In this document: piece after piece, positions 1-9,979 of the stretch
How positions within the stretch are numbered: the first letter of the stretch is position 1
How the letters are laid out: each line of letters starts with the position of its first letter
DNA from: Longimicrobiales bacterium
GTDB taxonomy: Bacteria; Gemmatimonadota; Gemmatimonadetes; Longimicrobiales; Gaopeijiaceae
Assembly: GCA_965202985.1 (NCBI GenBank)
Contig: CBDBCF010000001.1
Location: 2,400,001-2,464,000, forward strand
Length of the DNA: 64,000 nt
Direction: 5' to 3'
Notes under the pieces: model-generated
What the model saw: only the letters and a program-made list of their open reading frames with translations
What the model was told of the DNA's origin: nothing
The model's database searches: none
Program-made: the position numbers and the translations under genes

Positions 1-1106
1 CGGATCATGCTTTCCGTCGCAGCGGTGCGCAGAACAAGACAAGTCTGCTGTTTGTTCGCCGTTGGTCCGAGAGCGAGCGGAAGAAGATGGAGGAGGCCGT
101 CGCGCGCCACTTGGGAAACGCACAAGTTTCGCCTGGAGAAGACAACGATGCGGCTGCCCTCAACCAAGCGATCGGTTCGGCTCTGCAAGAAGTGGACTAC
201 CGTGTCTTCTTGGCCGAGGCCGACGAAATCGGCTATACCCCAACCGGAGTTTCGACGGCGCACAACGACTTGTACTCGGGCGCCGGATTCGATGTGGAAG
301 AATCGGAAGATACAATTCTCGGCCAGTACAGGCTCTTCCGCGACCGGCCCCATGCCTACCGAACGTGCAGTCGTCCCGCGTGCACGTCCCTTGCCGCCAG
401 CGAGCTCTTTGCCGGGCATCCGTCCCATAGGATCGACGCCAAGTACTTCACCTTCAAGAGTACGGAAGATGTCGTCCGCGACGCCGGCCTGCACCGATTG
501 GGCGAACTGGTTGCTCGGCGCCGCGAGAGCCTCGTTCCAAACGACTGGCCGGAGCGGAAGTTCAAGACGATCACATTGACCCTGGAAGGCGAAATGAGGC
601 CCCGCGAAGCTGGGAAGGGCCGCAGCCCGCCGGGATGGCACGGCTCGTACTTTCCAGCTGGCCAGAGGTGGTTTGTTGTGCGCAAGGGAGACATTGTCGT
701 GTCTCGAATCGACCTGTGGAAAGGATGCATCGGCGTGGCGTCGGCCGCCTTTGACGGGGCCATCGTAACCGGTGAGTTCCCCGTGTACCGAGTGCGCCCG
801 GAACACACGGGGCTGGTGGACGGTAGATACTTGCAGCTTCTGTTGCGCAGTCAGTACTTTAGACGCGCTATTCGAGCAGTTACGACAGGTCACTCCAACC
901 GGAGGCGAACCCAGGAATCGGATTTCCTTGACCTGCTCGTGCCCCTGCCGCCCCTTGACGATCAAGTGCGCATTGCCGACGCAATGGATGGGGTGAAGCG
1001 CCGTCGGGACGAAGCGAGCGCCGACCTGCGTCGTCGCCTGAACGCCTTCGACCGGGCGGTGGAGGGGCTGTTCACGCCGGCAGCGCTGCGGGAGATCGCC
1101 GGCTAG
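1..1106 (+). CDS. C-terminal part of an N6-adenine DNA methyltransferase fused to a specificity (TRD/HsdS-like) domain; 5' end lies outside the window
   Basis: Frame is open from position 3: DHAFRRSGAQNKTSLLFVRR resembles the late HsdM motif. The C-terminus VRKGDIVVSRID...VTGEFPVY...YLQLLLRS...VPLPPLDDQVRIA is HsdS/TRD-like. Confidence 0.75.
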   Translation, partial: DHAFRRSGAQNKTSLLFVRRWSESERKKMEEAVARHLGNAQVSPGEDNDAAALNQAIGSALQEVDYRVFLAEADEIGYTPTGVSTAHNDLYSGAGFDVEESEDTILGQYRLFRDRPHAYRTCSRPACTSLAASELFAGHPSHRIDAKYFTFKSTEDVVRDAGLHRLGELVARRRESLVPNDWPERKFKTITLTLEGEMRPREAGKGRSPPGWHGSYFPAGQRWFVVRKGDIVVSRIDLWKGCIGVASAAFDGAIVTGEFPVYRVRPEHTGLVDGRYLQLLLRSQYFRRAIRAVTTGHSNRRRTQESDFLDLLVPLPPLDDQVRIADAMDGVKRRRDEASADLRRRLNAFDRAVEGLFTPAALREIAG

Positions 1107-1179
1107 TCGAATTCGCCGGAGGCCGACGGGTCCCGTAGGTTCAGAGGAAACTCGCGTTCGTACCCGAAGAGGAAAGCTC

Positions 1180-3627
1180 ATGACGCCGCAATCCAGACGC
1201 CGTTCCACGACCGTGCCGGGAGCCGTTGTCGCCTTGTCGGCCGCGGCCGCCTTGCTGGCCGCCGCCCCCGCGCCCGCCCACGCAGCCGCGCGGCCCCAGG
1301 CGTCCGCCCAGGCCCAGGCCGCCGCCCAGCCCCAGCAAGCCGTGGACTACCACCGCGCCGAACTGCTGCTTCGCTGGCATACGTCGTCGCTGGTGGCGGG
1401 CGGGGCCGTGTCGCCCAACTGGATCCTGGACACGGACCGGTTCTGGTACCGGAACAACAACGGGGCGGGGCACGAGTTCACCTTCGTGGACCCGGCGACC
1501 AACGCCAAGCGGCCACTCTTCGACCACTACCGGCTCGCGGCGGCGCTCTCGATGGCGGCGGACACCAGCTACGTGCCCGAGAAGCTGCCGTTCGAGACGT
1601 TCGAGTTCGTGGAGCGGGACGAGAGCCGGATCGAGTTCACGGCGGCCAAGAAGCGCTTCGAGTGCGACATTCGCCAGTACCAGTGCGAGGTCGGCGACAC
1701 GCTGCCGGACGCCCGGTCGTTCGTCGAGTCGCCCGACGAGCGCTGGGAGGCGTTCGTCATGGACCACAACGTGTACATTCGGTCCGCAGCCGCCCGCGCA
1801 GGGAACGGCGAAGCCGAGGACGCCCCCGCCGTGGACACCATCCAGCTCACCACCGACGGCGAGGAGTTCAACGGCTACGGCCTCAACTACCCGCGGCCCA
1901 ACCAAGTCAAGAACAAGACGCCCCGGCGGCCCGGCGTGCACTGGTCGCCCGACTCCAAGAAGCTGCTGGTCCAGCGCACCGACCAGCGGGACGTGGAGCA
2001 CCATCACTACGTGTCGTACACGCCGCAGCGCACGGTGCACTACTCCCAGCCCTACGCCTTGCCGGGCGACTCGGTGGTCCCGCTGCCGGCGTTTCACGTG
2101 CTGGACCTGACGGCCACGCTCGCGGAGGCGGGCGCGTCGCCCCCGGCCCCCGCGAACGTGCGCGTCGAGCTGGAGCCCCGGCCCAATCGCCTGAACCTGG
2201 GCGGCTCGCAGGTCGACTCCCTGTGGTCGGCCGACTCGCGTCACGTGTACGTCAGCTGGGAGACCCGCGCGTCGAAGAGCAACCACTTGGCCCAGGTGGA
2301 CGCGGCCACGGGCGAGTTCACGATCATTGCCGGCGACAGCTCCAAGACGTTCGTCGAGACCAGCCAGCGCAACCCGACTTCGTGGTTCGTGTCGGAGACG
2401 ACCGACGACGCCTTCTGGTGGTCCGAGCGCGACGGTTGGGCGCACATCTGGCGGTTCTCCAAGGACGGCTCGGTCAAGAACCAGGTCACGTCGGGGCCGT
2501 GGGCCGTGGGCGCGATCTGGCACGTGGACGAAGCCGCCCGGCGCATCTACTTCACGGCGTACGGACGCGAGGAGGGTATCCCGTACTACGGCCGACTGTA
2601 TCGGGTCGACTACGACGGCAACGGCCTGGCGCTCGTGGCCGGCGAGGTGGGGAACCACCGCATATCCGTGTCGCCGTCGGGCCGGTTCTTCGTGGACAGC
2701 TATTCGACGATCGGCGACCCGCCGGTCAGCCTGTTGCGGCGCCTGGACGGCGGCGGCGTGGTGCGCACGCTGGAAGAGGCGGACGCCTCCAAGCTGGAAG
2801 AGGTGGGATGGCGTCCGCCCGAGGTGTTCTCGGTCAAGGCGCGGGACGGCGTGACCGACATCTACGGGCTGATCTACTTCCCCGACGACGTGGACGAATC
2901 GCGTCTCTACCCCGTGATCGACCACATCTACCCCGGTCCCCAAGTGGGCAGCGTCGGCTCGTGGATGTTCAAGGCGGGCGGCGAAGACTTTGCCCTGGCC
3001 AAGCTGGGGTTCGTGGTCGTGCAGCTGGACCACATGGGCACACCGCACCGTTCCAAGGCGTTTCACGACATCTACTACGGCGACTTCAACGACAACGGCC
3101 TGCCCGACCACGTGACCGCGATCAAGCAGCTGGCCGCCCGGTATCCGTTCATGGATCTGGACCGGGTCGGCATCTACGGGCACTCGGGCGGCGGATTCGC
3201 TTCCACCGACGCCATGATGAAGTACCCCGACTTCTTCAAGGTGGCCGTCTCCGGCGCCGGCAACCACGACAACGCCAGCTACAACATCTACTGGGCGGAG
3301 AAGTACCAGGGCCTGCTGGTGAAGGACTCGGCGTCCGGCGACAACAACTTCACCGAAGAGGCCAACAAGAGCCACGTGGCCAAGCTCCAAGGCAAGCTGC
3401 TGCTCATGCACGGCGACATGGACGACAACGTGCATCCGGCCATGACCGTGCAGCTGATCGACGAGCTGACCAAGGCCAACAAGGACTACGACCTGGTGTG
3501 GGCGCCCGACCGCGCCCACGGCCTCAACGAGCCCTACTTCGTCCGCCGGCGCTGGGACTACTTCGTGCGCCACCTGCTGGGCGCCGAGCCGCCCAAGGAG
3601 TACGAGATCAGGCGGCCGGAAGGGTAG
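1180..3627 (+). CDS. Secreted S9B family dipeptidyl peptidase IV-like peptidase
   Basis: Signal peptide, DPPIV_N propeller, GIYGHSGGG nucleophile motif, HGDMDDNVHP, C-terminal His (RAHG). Confidence 0.92.
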   Translation: MTPQSRRRSTTVPGAVVALSAAAALLAAAPAPAHAAARPQASAQAQAAAQPQQAVDYHRAELLLRWHTSSLVAGGAVSPNWILDTDRFWYRNNNGAGHEFTFVDPATNAKRPLFDHYRLAAALSMAADTSYVPEKLPFETFEFVERDESRIEFTAAKKRFECDIRQYQCEVGDTLPDARSFVESPDERWEAFVMDHNVYIRSAAARAGNGEAEDAPAVDTIQLTTDGEEFNGYGLNYPRPNQVKNKTPRRPGVHWSPDSKKLLVQRTDQRDVEHHHYVSYTPQRTVHYSQPYALPGDSVVPLPAFHVLDLTATLAEAGASPPAPANVRVELEPRPNRLNLGGSQVDSLWSADSRHVYVSWETRASKSNHLAQVDAATGEFTIIAGDSSKTFVETSQRNPTSWFVSETTDDAFWWSERDGWAHIWRFSKDGSVKNQVTSGPWAVGAIWHVDEAARRIYFTAYGREEGIPYYGRLYRVDYDGNGLALVAGEVGNHRISVSPSGRFFVDSYSTIGDPPVSLLRRLDGGGVVRTLEEADASKLEEVGWRPPEVFSVKARDGVTDIYGLIYFPDDVDESRLYPVIDHIYPGPQVGSVGSWMFKAGGEDFALAKLGFVVVQLDHMGTPHRSKAFHDIYYGDFNDNGLPDHVTAIKQLAARYPFMDLDRVGIYGHSGGGFASTDAMMKYPDFFKVAVSGAGNHDNASYNIYWAEKYQGLLVKDSASGDNNFTEEANKSHVAKLQGKLLLMHGDMDDNVHPAMTVQLIDELTKANKDYDLVWAPDRAHGLNEPYFVRRRWDYFVRHLLGAEPPKEYEIRRPEG

Positions 3628-3701
3628 GGGGCAGGACCCCGCAGCTCGGAACACGGCTTCGCGCGCCCACTTCGGGCAGGTCGAGGAACGCGCCGGTCTC
3701 C

Positions 3702-3729
3702 TTGAATCCGCGGCGGCTTCCCTTATCTT
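3702..3729 (+). promoter_or_regulatory. Putative sigma70 promoter for tRNA-Ile
   Basis: TTGAAT-N16-TATCTT about 55 bp upstream of the tRNA. Confidence 0.4.
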
Positions 3730-3782
3730 TCTCGTCCGGCATCGGAACAGGCGCGGCCCCGGACAGGGGGCTCGCCGCACAG

Positions 3783-3856
<74 letters not shown>

Positions 3857-3927
3857 TTTCCCGCAACCCTGCGGTCCGCCGGCGAAGACGCCCGTCGGGG
3901 ACGAGCGCCCCGGCCCGCAGAATCCTC

Positions 3928-5130
3928 GTGTCCTGGACAACGGCCATGGTGACTGGACTTGCCGCTGCACTCCCGGTCGTGGCCTTGGCGGCTTCGGCCG
4001 TCGCTTCGCCCGCCCGCCAGGAGATCGTCGAGCTTCCTGCCGAGGACCGCGTGCTGGACTCGGCCTTCGAGGAGGTCTACCGAGTCGGCTCCTTCGGCGG
4101 CGAGGAGTGGGAGACGTTCGGCGACGTGGCGGCCATGGCGTTCGACCAAGCCGGCAACCTGTACGTCGCGGACGGTCAGGCGTTGCGGATCGTGGTCGTG
4201 GACCGCGAGGGCGCCTTGGTTCGCGCCTTCGGAGACGCCGGGGAAGGACCGGGCGAGTTCGGCGACGGGCCGCTGACGATGACCGTTCGGCGGGACGGTC
4301 GCGCGATCGTCTACGAGGTGGAGCGAAGCGCGTTCCAGGTCTTCGGCGCAGACGGCGCCTTCGAGCGGATGGTTCGCGTAGGCGGCGGTAACGGGTTCGT
4401 CATCTTCCAGCGCATGCAGGCCATGCCGGGCGGCGAAGTTCTGGCCGGCACCGACATTGCCACCATGTCGGGACCGAGCGGGGGCAGTCCCTCTAGCCGG
4501 TTCGTCGAGCGCTTCCTGCTGGACGGCGACGAAGCCGTGCGCGACACCGTGGCCCAAGCATGGCGGGCCGAAGGAGGCTTGGCGTTGGCGCCCAGACTCT
4601 ACGCGGGGGCGCTGCCGGACGGCGTGGCCTTCTCCGATTCCACCGCCTACGCCATCAAGATCGCGACGCTGGAGGGCGACGTGTCGCGGGTCCTGACCCG
4701 GCCGTTTCGCCCGGCTGCCATGAACGACCGGATACGCGATGCAGAGCGGGAGCGCCAGATGGGCAACGTGGGGGGCCTCGTAGAGCGGGGCGAAAGGAGC
4801 GGAGGCGAGCAGGGTGCCATGATGGGACGCATGGCCGAGTTCTTGCGCCAGCGCGTGGAGGCGTTGGAGTTCTACTCCGAGTTCCCCGTGGTCGGCGACA
4901 TGAAGACGACCTGGGACGGCACGATCTGGGTCCGGCGCAACGGCGCGCTGCCGGGAGAGGACGGTCCCATCGATGTGCTCAGCGCCGAGGGTCGCTATGT
5001 GGGGACCTTTCCGGGCGCGCCCGCCATGCCCGGCGCCTTCGGTCCGGACGGACTGGTCGCCTTCGCGGAAGAGGACGAGTTCGACGTGCCCGTCGTGGTG
5101 GTGAGACGGTTGCCGTCCGAGGTTCGCTAG
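3928..5130 (+). CDS. Secreted 6-bladed beta-propeller (NHL-like) protein
   Basis: Signal peptide, NHL-like [11 protein letters not shown] and [11 protein letters not shown] motifs, C-terminal [13 protein letters not shown]. Start may be 3946. Confidence 0.75.
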   Translation: MSWTTAMVTGLAAALPVVALAASAVASPARQEIVELPAEDRVLDSAFEEVYRVGSFGGEEWETFGDVAAMAFDQAGNLYVADGQALRIVVVDREGALVRAFGDAGEGPGEFGDGPLTMTVRRDGRAIVYEVERSAFQVFGADGAFERMVRVGGGNGFVIFQRMQAMPGGEVLAGTDIATMSGPSGGSPSSRFVERFLLDGDEAVRDTVAQAWRAEGGLALAPRLYAGALPDGVAFSDSTAYAIKIATLEGDVSRVLTRPFRPAAMNDRIRDAERERQMGNVGGLVERGERSGGEQGAMMGRMAEFLRQRVEALEFYSEFPVVGDMKTTWDGTIWVRRNGALPGEDGPIDVLSAEGRYVGTFPGAPAMPGAFGPDGLVAFAEEDEFDVPVVVVRRLPSEVR

Positions 5131-5157
5131 GTCCAAAACACCAACGCCCGATAAGCC

Positions 5158-6504
5158 ATGACGATCCCCGGAACCGCTTTGCCGCCCGCCGACGCCTCCC
5201 TCCTCAAGCGCGAGACGAGGGCGGGCGTGACCACCTTTGCCACCATGGCCTACATCGTGGTGGTGAACCCGCAGATCCTGGGTGCCGCAGGGATGCCGGC
5301 GGACGGTGTCATGATGGCCACGTGCCTGGCCGCGGCCTTGGGGTCGATCCTGATGGGCGTGCTGGCCAACTACCCCTTCGCGCTGGCGCCGGGGATGGGC
5401 TTGAACGCCTTCTTCGCATACACGCTGGTCTTGGGCTCCGGGCTGTCCTGGCAGGGGGCGCTAGCGGCCGTCTTCGTGTCGGGAACGGTGTTCGTGATCC
5501 TGACGCTGACCCGCGCAAGAGAGGCCGTCATCAACGGTATTCCGGCCAACCTGAAGCGGGCGGTCAGCGGCGGCGTGGGCCTGTTCATCGCGCTCATCGG
5601 CTTCAAGAACGCAGGTCTCGTGGTCTTCAACCAGGGCACGGGCACGCTTGGCCGGATCGCCACCAACTACTTCGAGGACCCGGCGCTGCAGGAGGCGCTT
5701 CCGTTCGGAGTCTCCTTCGAGGCCGTCGGGCTTGCGCTGTTCGGGCTGGTGATCACGGCGGGCATGGTGGCGCGCAAGGTGCCCGGCGCCCTCCTGTGGG
5801 GCATCCTGGCCGCCACTGCCGCCGGCATCCCTCTGGGCGTGGTCGCCCCGTCCGACTGGTCGCTCGTGGGCATGCCCAGCGGGCTGGGCCAGACGTTCCT
5901 GCAGATGGACTTCGCCGAGCTGTTCGCCTTCGGCTTGGTGGGGGCCGTCTTCACCTTCACGTTCGTGGACCTGTTCGACACGGCGGGCACGCTGGTCGGC
6001 GTGGCCAGCAAGGCCGACATGCTGGACAAGGACGGCAAGCTGCCCAGAGCCAAGCGCGCGCTTCTGGCCGACTCGGTGGCCACGATGGCGGGCTCCGTCA
6101 TGGGCACCAGCACGACCACCACCTACGTGGAGAGCGCCGCGGGCGTGGCGGAGGGGGGACGGACGGGCTGGACGGCCGTCACCGTCGGCGTGCTGTTTCT
6201 GCTGGCGATCTTCTTCGGTCCGCTGGTGCAGATGGTGCCTTCGGCGGCTACGGCCCCGGCCCTGATCCTGGTCGGCGTCTTCATGATGGGTCCGGTGTCG
6301 CGGATCGACTTCAAGGACCCGGTGGAGGCGATCCCGGCGTTCTTGGCCGTGGCCCTCATGCCGCTGACCTTCAGCATCGCCGAAGGCATCTCGGCGGGCA
6401 TCATCGCGTGCGTGCTGCTCCGACTGATCAGCGGCCGGACGAGCCAGATCAGCCCGACCCTGTGGGTGCTCTTCGTGCTGTTCGTGGCTCGCTACTTCAT
6501 GTAG
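5158..6504 (+). CDS. NCS2/AzgA family purine permease
   Basis: AGVTTFATMAYIVVVNP, LAPGMGLNAFF, DLFDTAGTL, TTYVESAAGVAEGGRTG. Confidence 0.93.
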   Translation: MTIPGTALPPADASLLKRETRAGVTTFATMAYIVVVNPQILGAAGMPADGVMMATCLAAALGSILMGVLANYPFALAPGMGLNAFFAYTLVLGSGLSWQGALAAVFVSGTVFVILTLTRAREAVINGIPANLKRAVSGGVGLFIALIGFKNAGLVVFNQGTGTLGRIATNYFEDPALQEALPFGVSFEAVGLALFGLVITAGMVARKVPGALLWGILAATAAGIPLGVVAPSDWSLVGMPSGLGQTFLQMDFAELFAFGLVGAVFTFTFVDLFDTAGTLVGVASKADMLDKDGKLPRAKRALLADSVATMAGSVMGTSTTTTYVESAAGVAEGGRTGWTAVTVGVLFLLAIFFGPLVQMVPSAATAPALILVGVFMMGPVSRIDFKDPVEAIPAFLAVALMPLTFSIAEGISAGIIACVLLRLISGRTSQISPTLWVLFVLFVARYFM

Positions 6505-7761
6505 CCAGGCGGAGCGCCCCGCCCCAGCCTTCGGAGGCGCACCCGCTGAACCCCAAGGCTGTCCTCGCTGCTCGTCAGCACCAGGTCCCCGCGAGCATCC
6601 CACACGCGGTCGGTTCCCGGGTGCTCGACGACGAACAAGACGCGGTCGTGTTCGATGTCGCGGACTTGCCACTGCACGGTTTCCGCCCCCGGCAGCCGCA
6701 GGAGCCGCAGCCAAAGTCGTTCGTCGGCATCTACGAACACGGTATCGACTGCGGGCGCAAGCGATCTGGCCGGGGTTGTTGCGTACGCTTCCGAAATGTC
6801 CTGTTCGGTTGGCGGGTCCCAATCGCTTGGCACGTTTGGAACAATGGTGCCGGCGGTCGCCATTCCCCGAGCCAAGAGCTTGAAGAACGTACTTCTGCGT
6901 GCCATCCAATCTGCTCTGGCGGCCTCCACTTGGTCCGGTGACACGGGCACCCTGTCCGGCAAGGTCGAACGCCGGACCACGTCCCCGGTCTCGTCGAAGA
7001 CCATGATGGCGGACCCGGCCGTTTCCACGACCAGAAGTCCGTTGCCGTATGATGCCTGATGCGCACGATCTCCCAGCAGCACCGGACTGGAGAACGGTAT
7101 GTCCCTACCGGCAATTCGCCCGATGTAGATCTCGTCGCCTAGGACTGCCGCAAACGACTCCCCGACGCCATCCCGGACCCGCACGTAACGCGCCGAGTCC
7201 CGCCGCGCTCCGACGAGTTGCCGCGCTCCGGCGGACCGCCCCGCTGCGGAGGGCTGATCGTCGTCCCGAAACAACACCGCACCGTCGCGGAACACGGCCA
7301 CCGGCTTGGCCCTCATGTTGCTAAACAACCTCGGATCGTACCGGATCGACCCCAGCATTTCCCCGGACGATGAGTACGACGTCAGCCGCCGCGTGGTCGG
7401 ATCCCACACGGCCACGCCCTCCGGGGTTCGCAAGACGGCCTCGATGTGCCCGAACTCCCCCGGTCCAGTCCCGTCGCCGCCCCGGACCTCCACCTCGCCG
7501 GTTTCGTAATCCACGAAGTACAGATTGGTCTTGTCGCCGACCAGGAGCCTACCCCCCGGCAACGTCATGCTCCCCGTGAGCGTCCCGATCTCCAGCGGCT
7601 CGCCGAACGCTGGATCTTGCGAGTCGTAGATCACGGGAGCCGCTGGCCCCAAGGTTCGCACCGGCGCGTTCGTGCCCGACCCCGCTTCGGCATCGGACTG
7701 CGTCCCGCACGCAAGGATTCAGCATCAGTACCGCCGATCCCACCAACGCGCGCTGCTTCAT
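6492..7761 (-). pseudogene. Beta-propeller lipoprotein with a +1 frameshift in its signal peptide (or a sequencing error)
   Basis: ATG 7761 overlaps the trmJ stop. MKQRALVGSAVLML joins ILACGTQSD...VRTLGP if one base near 7718 is removed. The body has the GGDGTGPGEF motif. Confidence 0.65.
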
Positions 7762-8522
7762 CCGTCGGACTCCAGTCGCTTGATCCGATTGCGGACCTCG
7801 TATCCCATCGAGCGGATCAGCCGGGCCTCGTGGGCGTCCAGCGTGGTTCGGCCGAAGACGGTGCGCAAGACGCGCATGACGCTCTCTGGCTTCCGGGCCT
7901 TGAAGAAGCCGGCCCGCGCCAGCCCTTCTTCCAGCGCCCGGTACATCTCCTCGAGCTCGGCCGTCCGCGCCGGCCCCAGGGACCGCTTGCCGGCGGGAAG
8001 CTCGCCCGTCCCGCGGCCCGCGGCCAGCAGCAGTTCGTAGGCCACCAAGAGCACGGCCTGGGCCAGGTTCAGGGACGAGTACCCCGGCGCCGTCGGAACC
8101 ACCAGCACGTCGTGGCAGCGGTCCAGGTCCTCGTTGGAAAGCCCCCTGTCCTCGCGTCCGAAGAGCAGCGCCACCGTGCTCTCCGCGGCCCGCCGCAAGA
8201 TGATCGGCGCCAAGTCGCGGGGGCGGCGATAGTTGCGTCGCGCCGTCCGGGGCCGGGCCGACGTGCCCACGACGTAGGCCGCGTCCGCCAGGGCGTCCTC
8301 CAAGGAAGCCGCCTGCCGCGCGCCCTCGACGATGGCGTCGGTGCGGTGCGCGATCCCGGTGACTCGCCGGGCGTCGAACTCGGCCGGCTCCACCAGCACA
8401 AGGCGCTCCAAGCCCATGTTCGCCATGGCCCGCACGACGCCCGCGATGTTGACCAGGTCCTGGGGCTGGTGTAGCACGACGGACACGCGGCCCGCCGCAA
8501 TGGCATCCGGCGAGCCGCTCAC
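7758..8522 (-). CDS. trmJ: TrmJ/TrmH family (SPOUT) tRNA methyltransferase
   Basis: VVLHQPQDLVNIAGVVRAMANMG, LLFGREDRGLSNEDL, YSSLNLAQAV. GTG start overlaps the MFS stop (GTGA). Confidence 0.88.
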   Translation of the reverse strand: MSGSPDAIAAGRVSVVLHQPQDLVNIAGVVRAMANMGLERLVLVEPAEFDARRVTGIAHRTDAIVEGARQAASLEDALADAAYVVGTSARPRTARRNYRRPRDLAPIILRRAAESTVALLFGREDRGLSNEDLDRCHDVLVVPTAPGYSSLNLAQAVLLVAYELLLAAGRGTGELPAGKRSLGPARTAELEEMYRALEEGLARAGFFKARKPESVMRVLRTVFGRTTLDAHEARLIRSMGYEVRNRIKRLESDG

Positions 8523-9694
8523 GAGTCGCCCTCCTCCGCGTCCCCGTCGCGAGGCTGGGACGCCCGCGCCGACACCAGAGTTGCGGCCAGGATCAGTCCC
8601 GCCGCCGCCAAGTACGGCAGCGCCAGCCTTTGGTCGAACAGGACGCCGGCGCCGGCGGGTCCCAGCACCCGAGCCAGCGACCCCACGCTCTGACCGATCC
8701 CCAGCACCGCCCCCTGCCGCTCCGGATGCGCTGCCCGCGACAGCAGCCCCAGCACGCTGGGCACGGCGCAACCGTACCCGACGCCGACCAGCACCAGCCC
8801 GCCCATCAGGCCGGGCAGCGTCGGCGCCAAGCCCATCAACAGCAGACCGGCCCCGAACGGCCCCGCGCTGGCCAGCAGCAGGCGACGCTCGCCGGTACGG
8901 GGAACCACTCTGCGCACCAGCCCTCCCTGCACGATCACCGACACTAGGCCCAGCAGGGCGAACAGGACGCCGGCTTGGCGCGCGGCTCGGGGGCCGTCCA
9001 GCGCCAGACGCTCCGCGGCCAGGAGCGACAGGGTGGGCTGCAAGGTGGAGAACGCCATCGTGATGCACAGATAGGCCGCAAGCACGATCCGTATCTGGCG
9101 CGAGGAAGCGGCTTCGGCCAGCGCCGCCCCGAAGTTGAAGCGGGACGCGCGATCCGCGCCGGCGCCGCGTGGCCGAGACTCCGGCAGCCACAACAGGGCG
9201 GCCAGCGCGTTGGCCGCGCACAGCCCGGCCGCCACGTATCCCGGCGCGGTCGGCGAACCCGGCGACGCTCCGGCCAGGAACCCGCCCAGCGCCGGGCCGA
9301 TCACGAAACCCAGGCCGAAGGCGGCGCCGATGAGCCCCAAGTTGCCGGCCCGGCGCGAGGGCGTCGTCACGTCGGCGATGTACGCTTGGGCCACGGGAAT
9401 GGTCGAACCGCCGATCCCGCCCACGATCCGCGACAGGAAGAGCATCGCCAAGGAGTCCGCCCGCGCGAACGCCACGTAGGCCAGGCTGCTGCCCAGCAGC
9501 CCCAGCACCAGGACGGGCCGCCGCCCCACACGGTCCGACAGCCGCCCCCACAGTGGCGCCATCACCAGCTGGACCAGCGAGTACACGGCCACCAGGAGCC
9601 CCACGTGCAGCCCCTCGGCCCCGAACGACCGCGCGTAGATCGGGAGCAGCGGCAACACGATCCCGAACCCCACCAAGTCCACCAGGACCGCCAC
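8519..9694 (-). CDS. TetA-like MFS transporter
   Basis: DLVGFGIVLPLLP, motif A GRLSDRVGRRPVL, GAAFGLGFVIGPALGG. The start may lie ~50 bp further upstream. Confidence 0.88.
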   Translation of the reverse strand: MAVLVDLVGFGIVLPLLPIYARSFGAEGLHVGLLVAVYSLVQLVMAPLWGRLSDRVGRRPVLVLGLLGSSLAYVAFARADSLAMLFLSRIVGGIGGSTIPVAQAYIADVTTPSRRAGNLGLIGAAFGLGFVIGPALGGFLAGASPGSPTAPGYVAAGLCAANALAALLWLPESRPRGAGADRASRFNFGAALAEAASSRQIRIVLAAYLCITMAFSTLQPTLSLLAAERLALDGPRAARQAGVLFALLGLVSVIVQGGLVRRVVPRTGERRLLLASAGPFGAGLLLMGLAPTLPGLMGGLVLVGVGYGCAVPSVLGLLSRAAHPERQGAVLGIGQSVGSLARVLGPAGAGVLFDQRLALPYLAAAGLILAATLVSARASQPRDGDAEEGDS

Positions 9695-9754
9695 GAAGAG
9701 CAGTCCGAGGCGGCCTCGCGGAGCCGCCCCCCCGCCGGCTGCGCCCGTCAGGCG

Positions 9755-9934
9755 TCAGGCGTCCGGTTCGTCGCCGTCCGAGGAGTCGTCCCCGCGCCCG
9801 GCCTTGATCGAACCCTTGAAGTTGCGGATGCCCGAGCCCAGGCCCCGAGCGATCTCGGGGATCCGCTTGGCGCCGAAGATCAGGACGACGACGCCCAGCA
9901 CGAAGGCGATCTCGCCGACGCCTATGGTTGGCAT
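9755..9934 (-). CDS. tatA: Twin-arginine translocase subunit TatA/TatE (59 aa, not listed separately in the ORF track)
   Basis: MPTIGVGEIAFVLGVVVLIFGAKRIPEIARGLGSGIRNFKGSI. Confidence 0.92.
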   Translation of the reverse strand: MPTIGVGEIAFVLGVVVLIFGAKRIPEIARGLGSGIRNFKGSIKAGRGDDSSDGDEPDA

Positions 9935-9979
9935 CGTCCGTCCGCCGGAAGGCGTCGCTTAGGCGCAGGAAGGCGTCGC

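Noticed and set aside
1141..3780. Long antisense or alternate-frame ORFs (also 11740-14616, 26480-27907, 51404-54250 and others)
   Set aside because: Shadow ORFs typical of high-GC DNA, lying opposite well-supported genes and lacking motifs.
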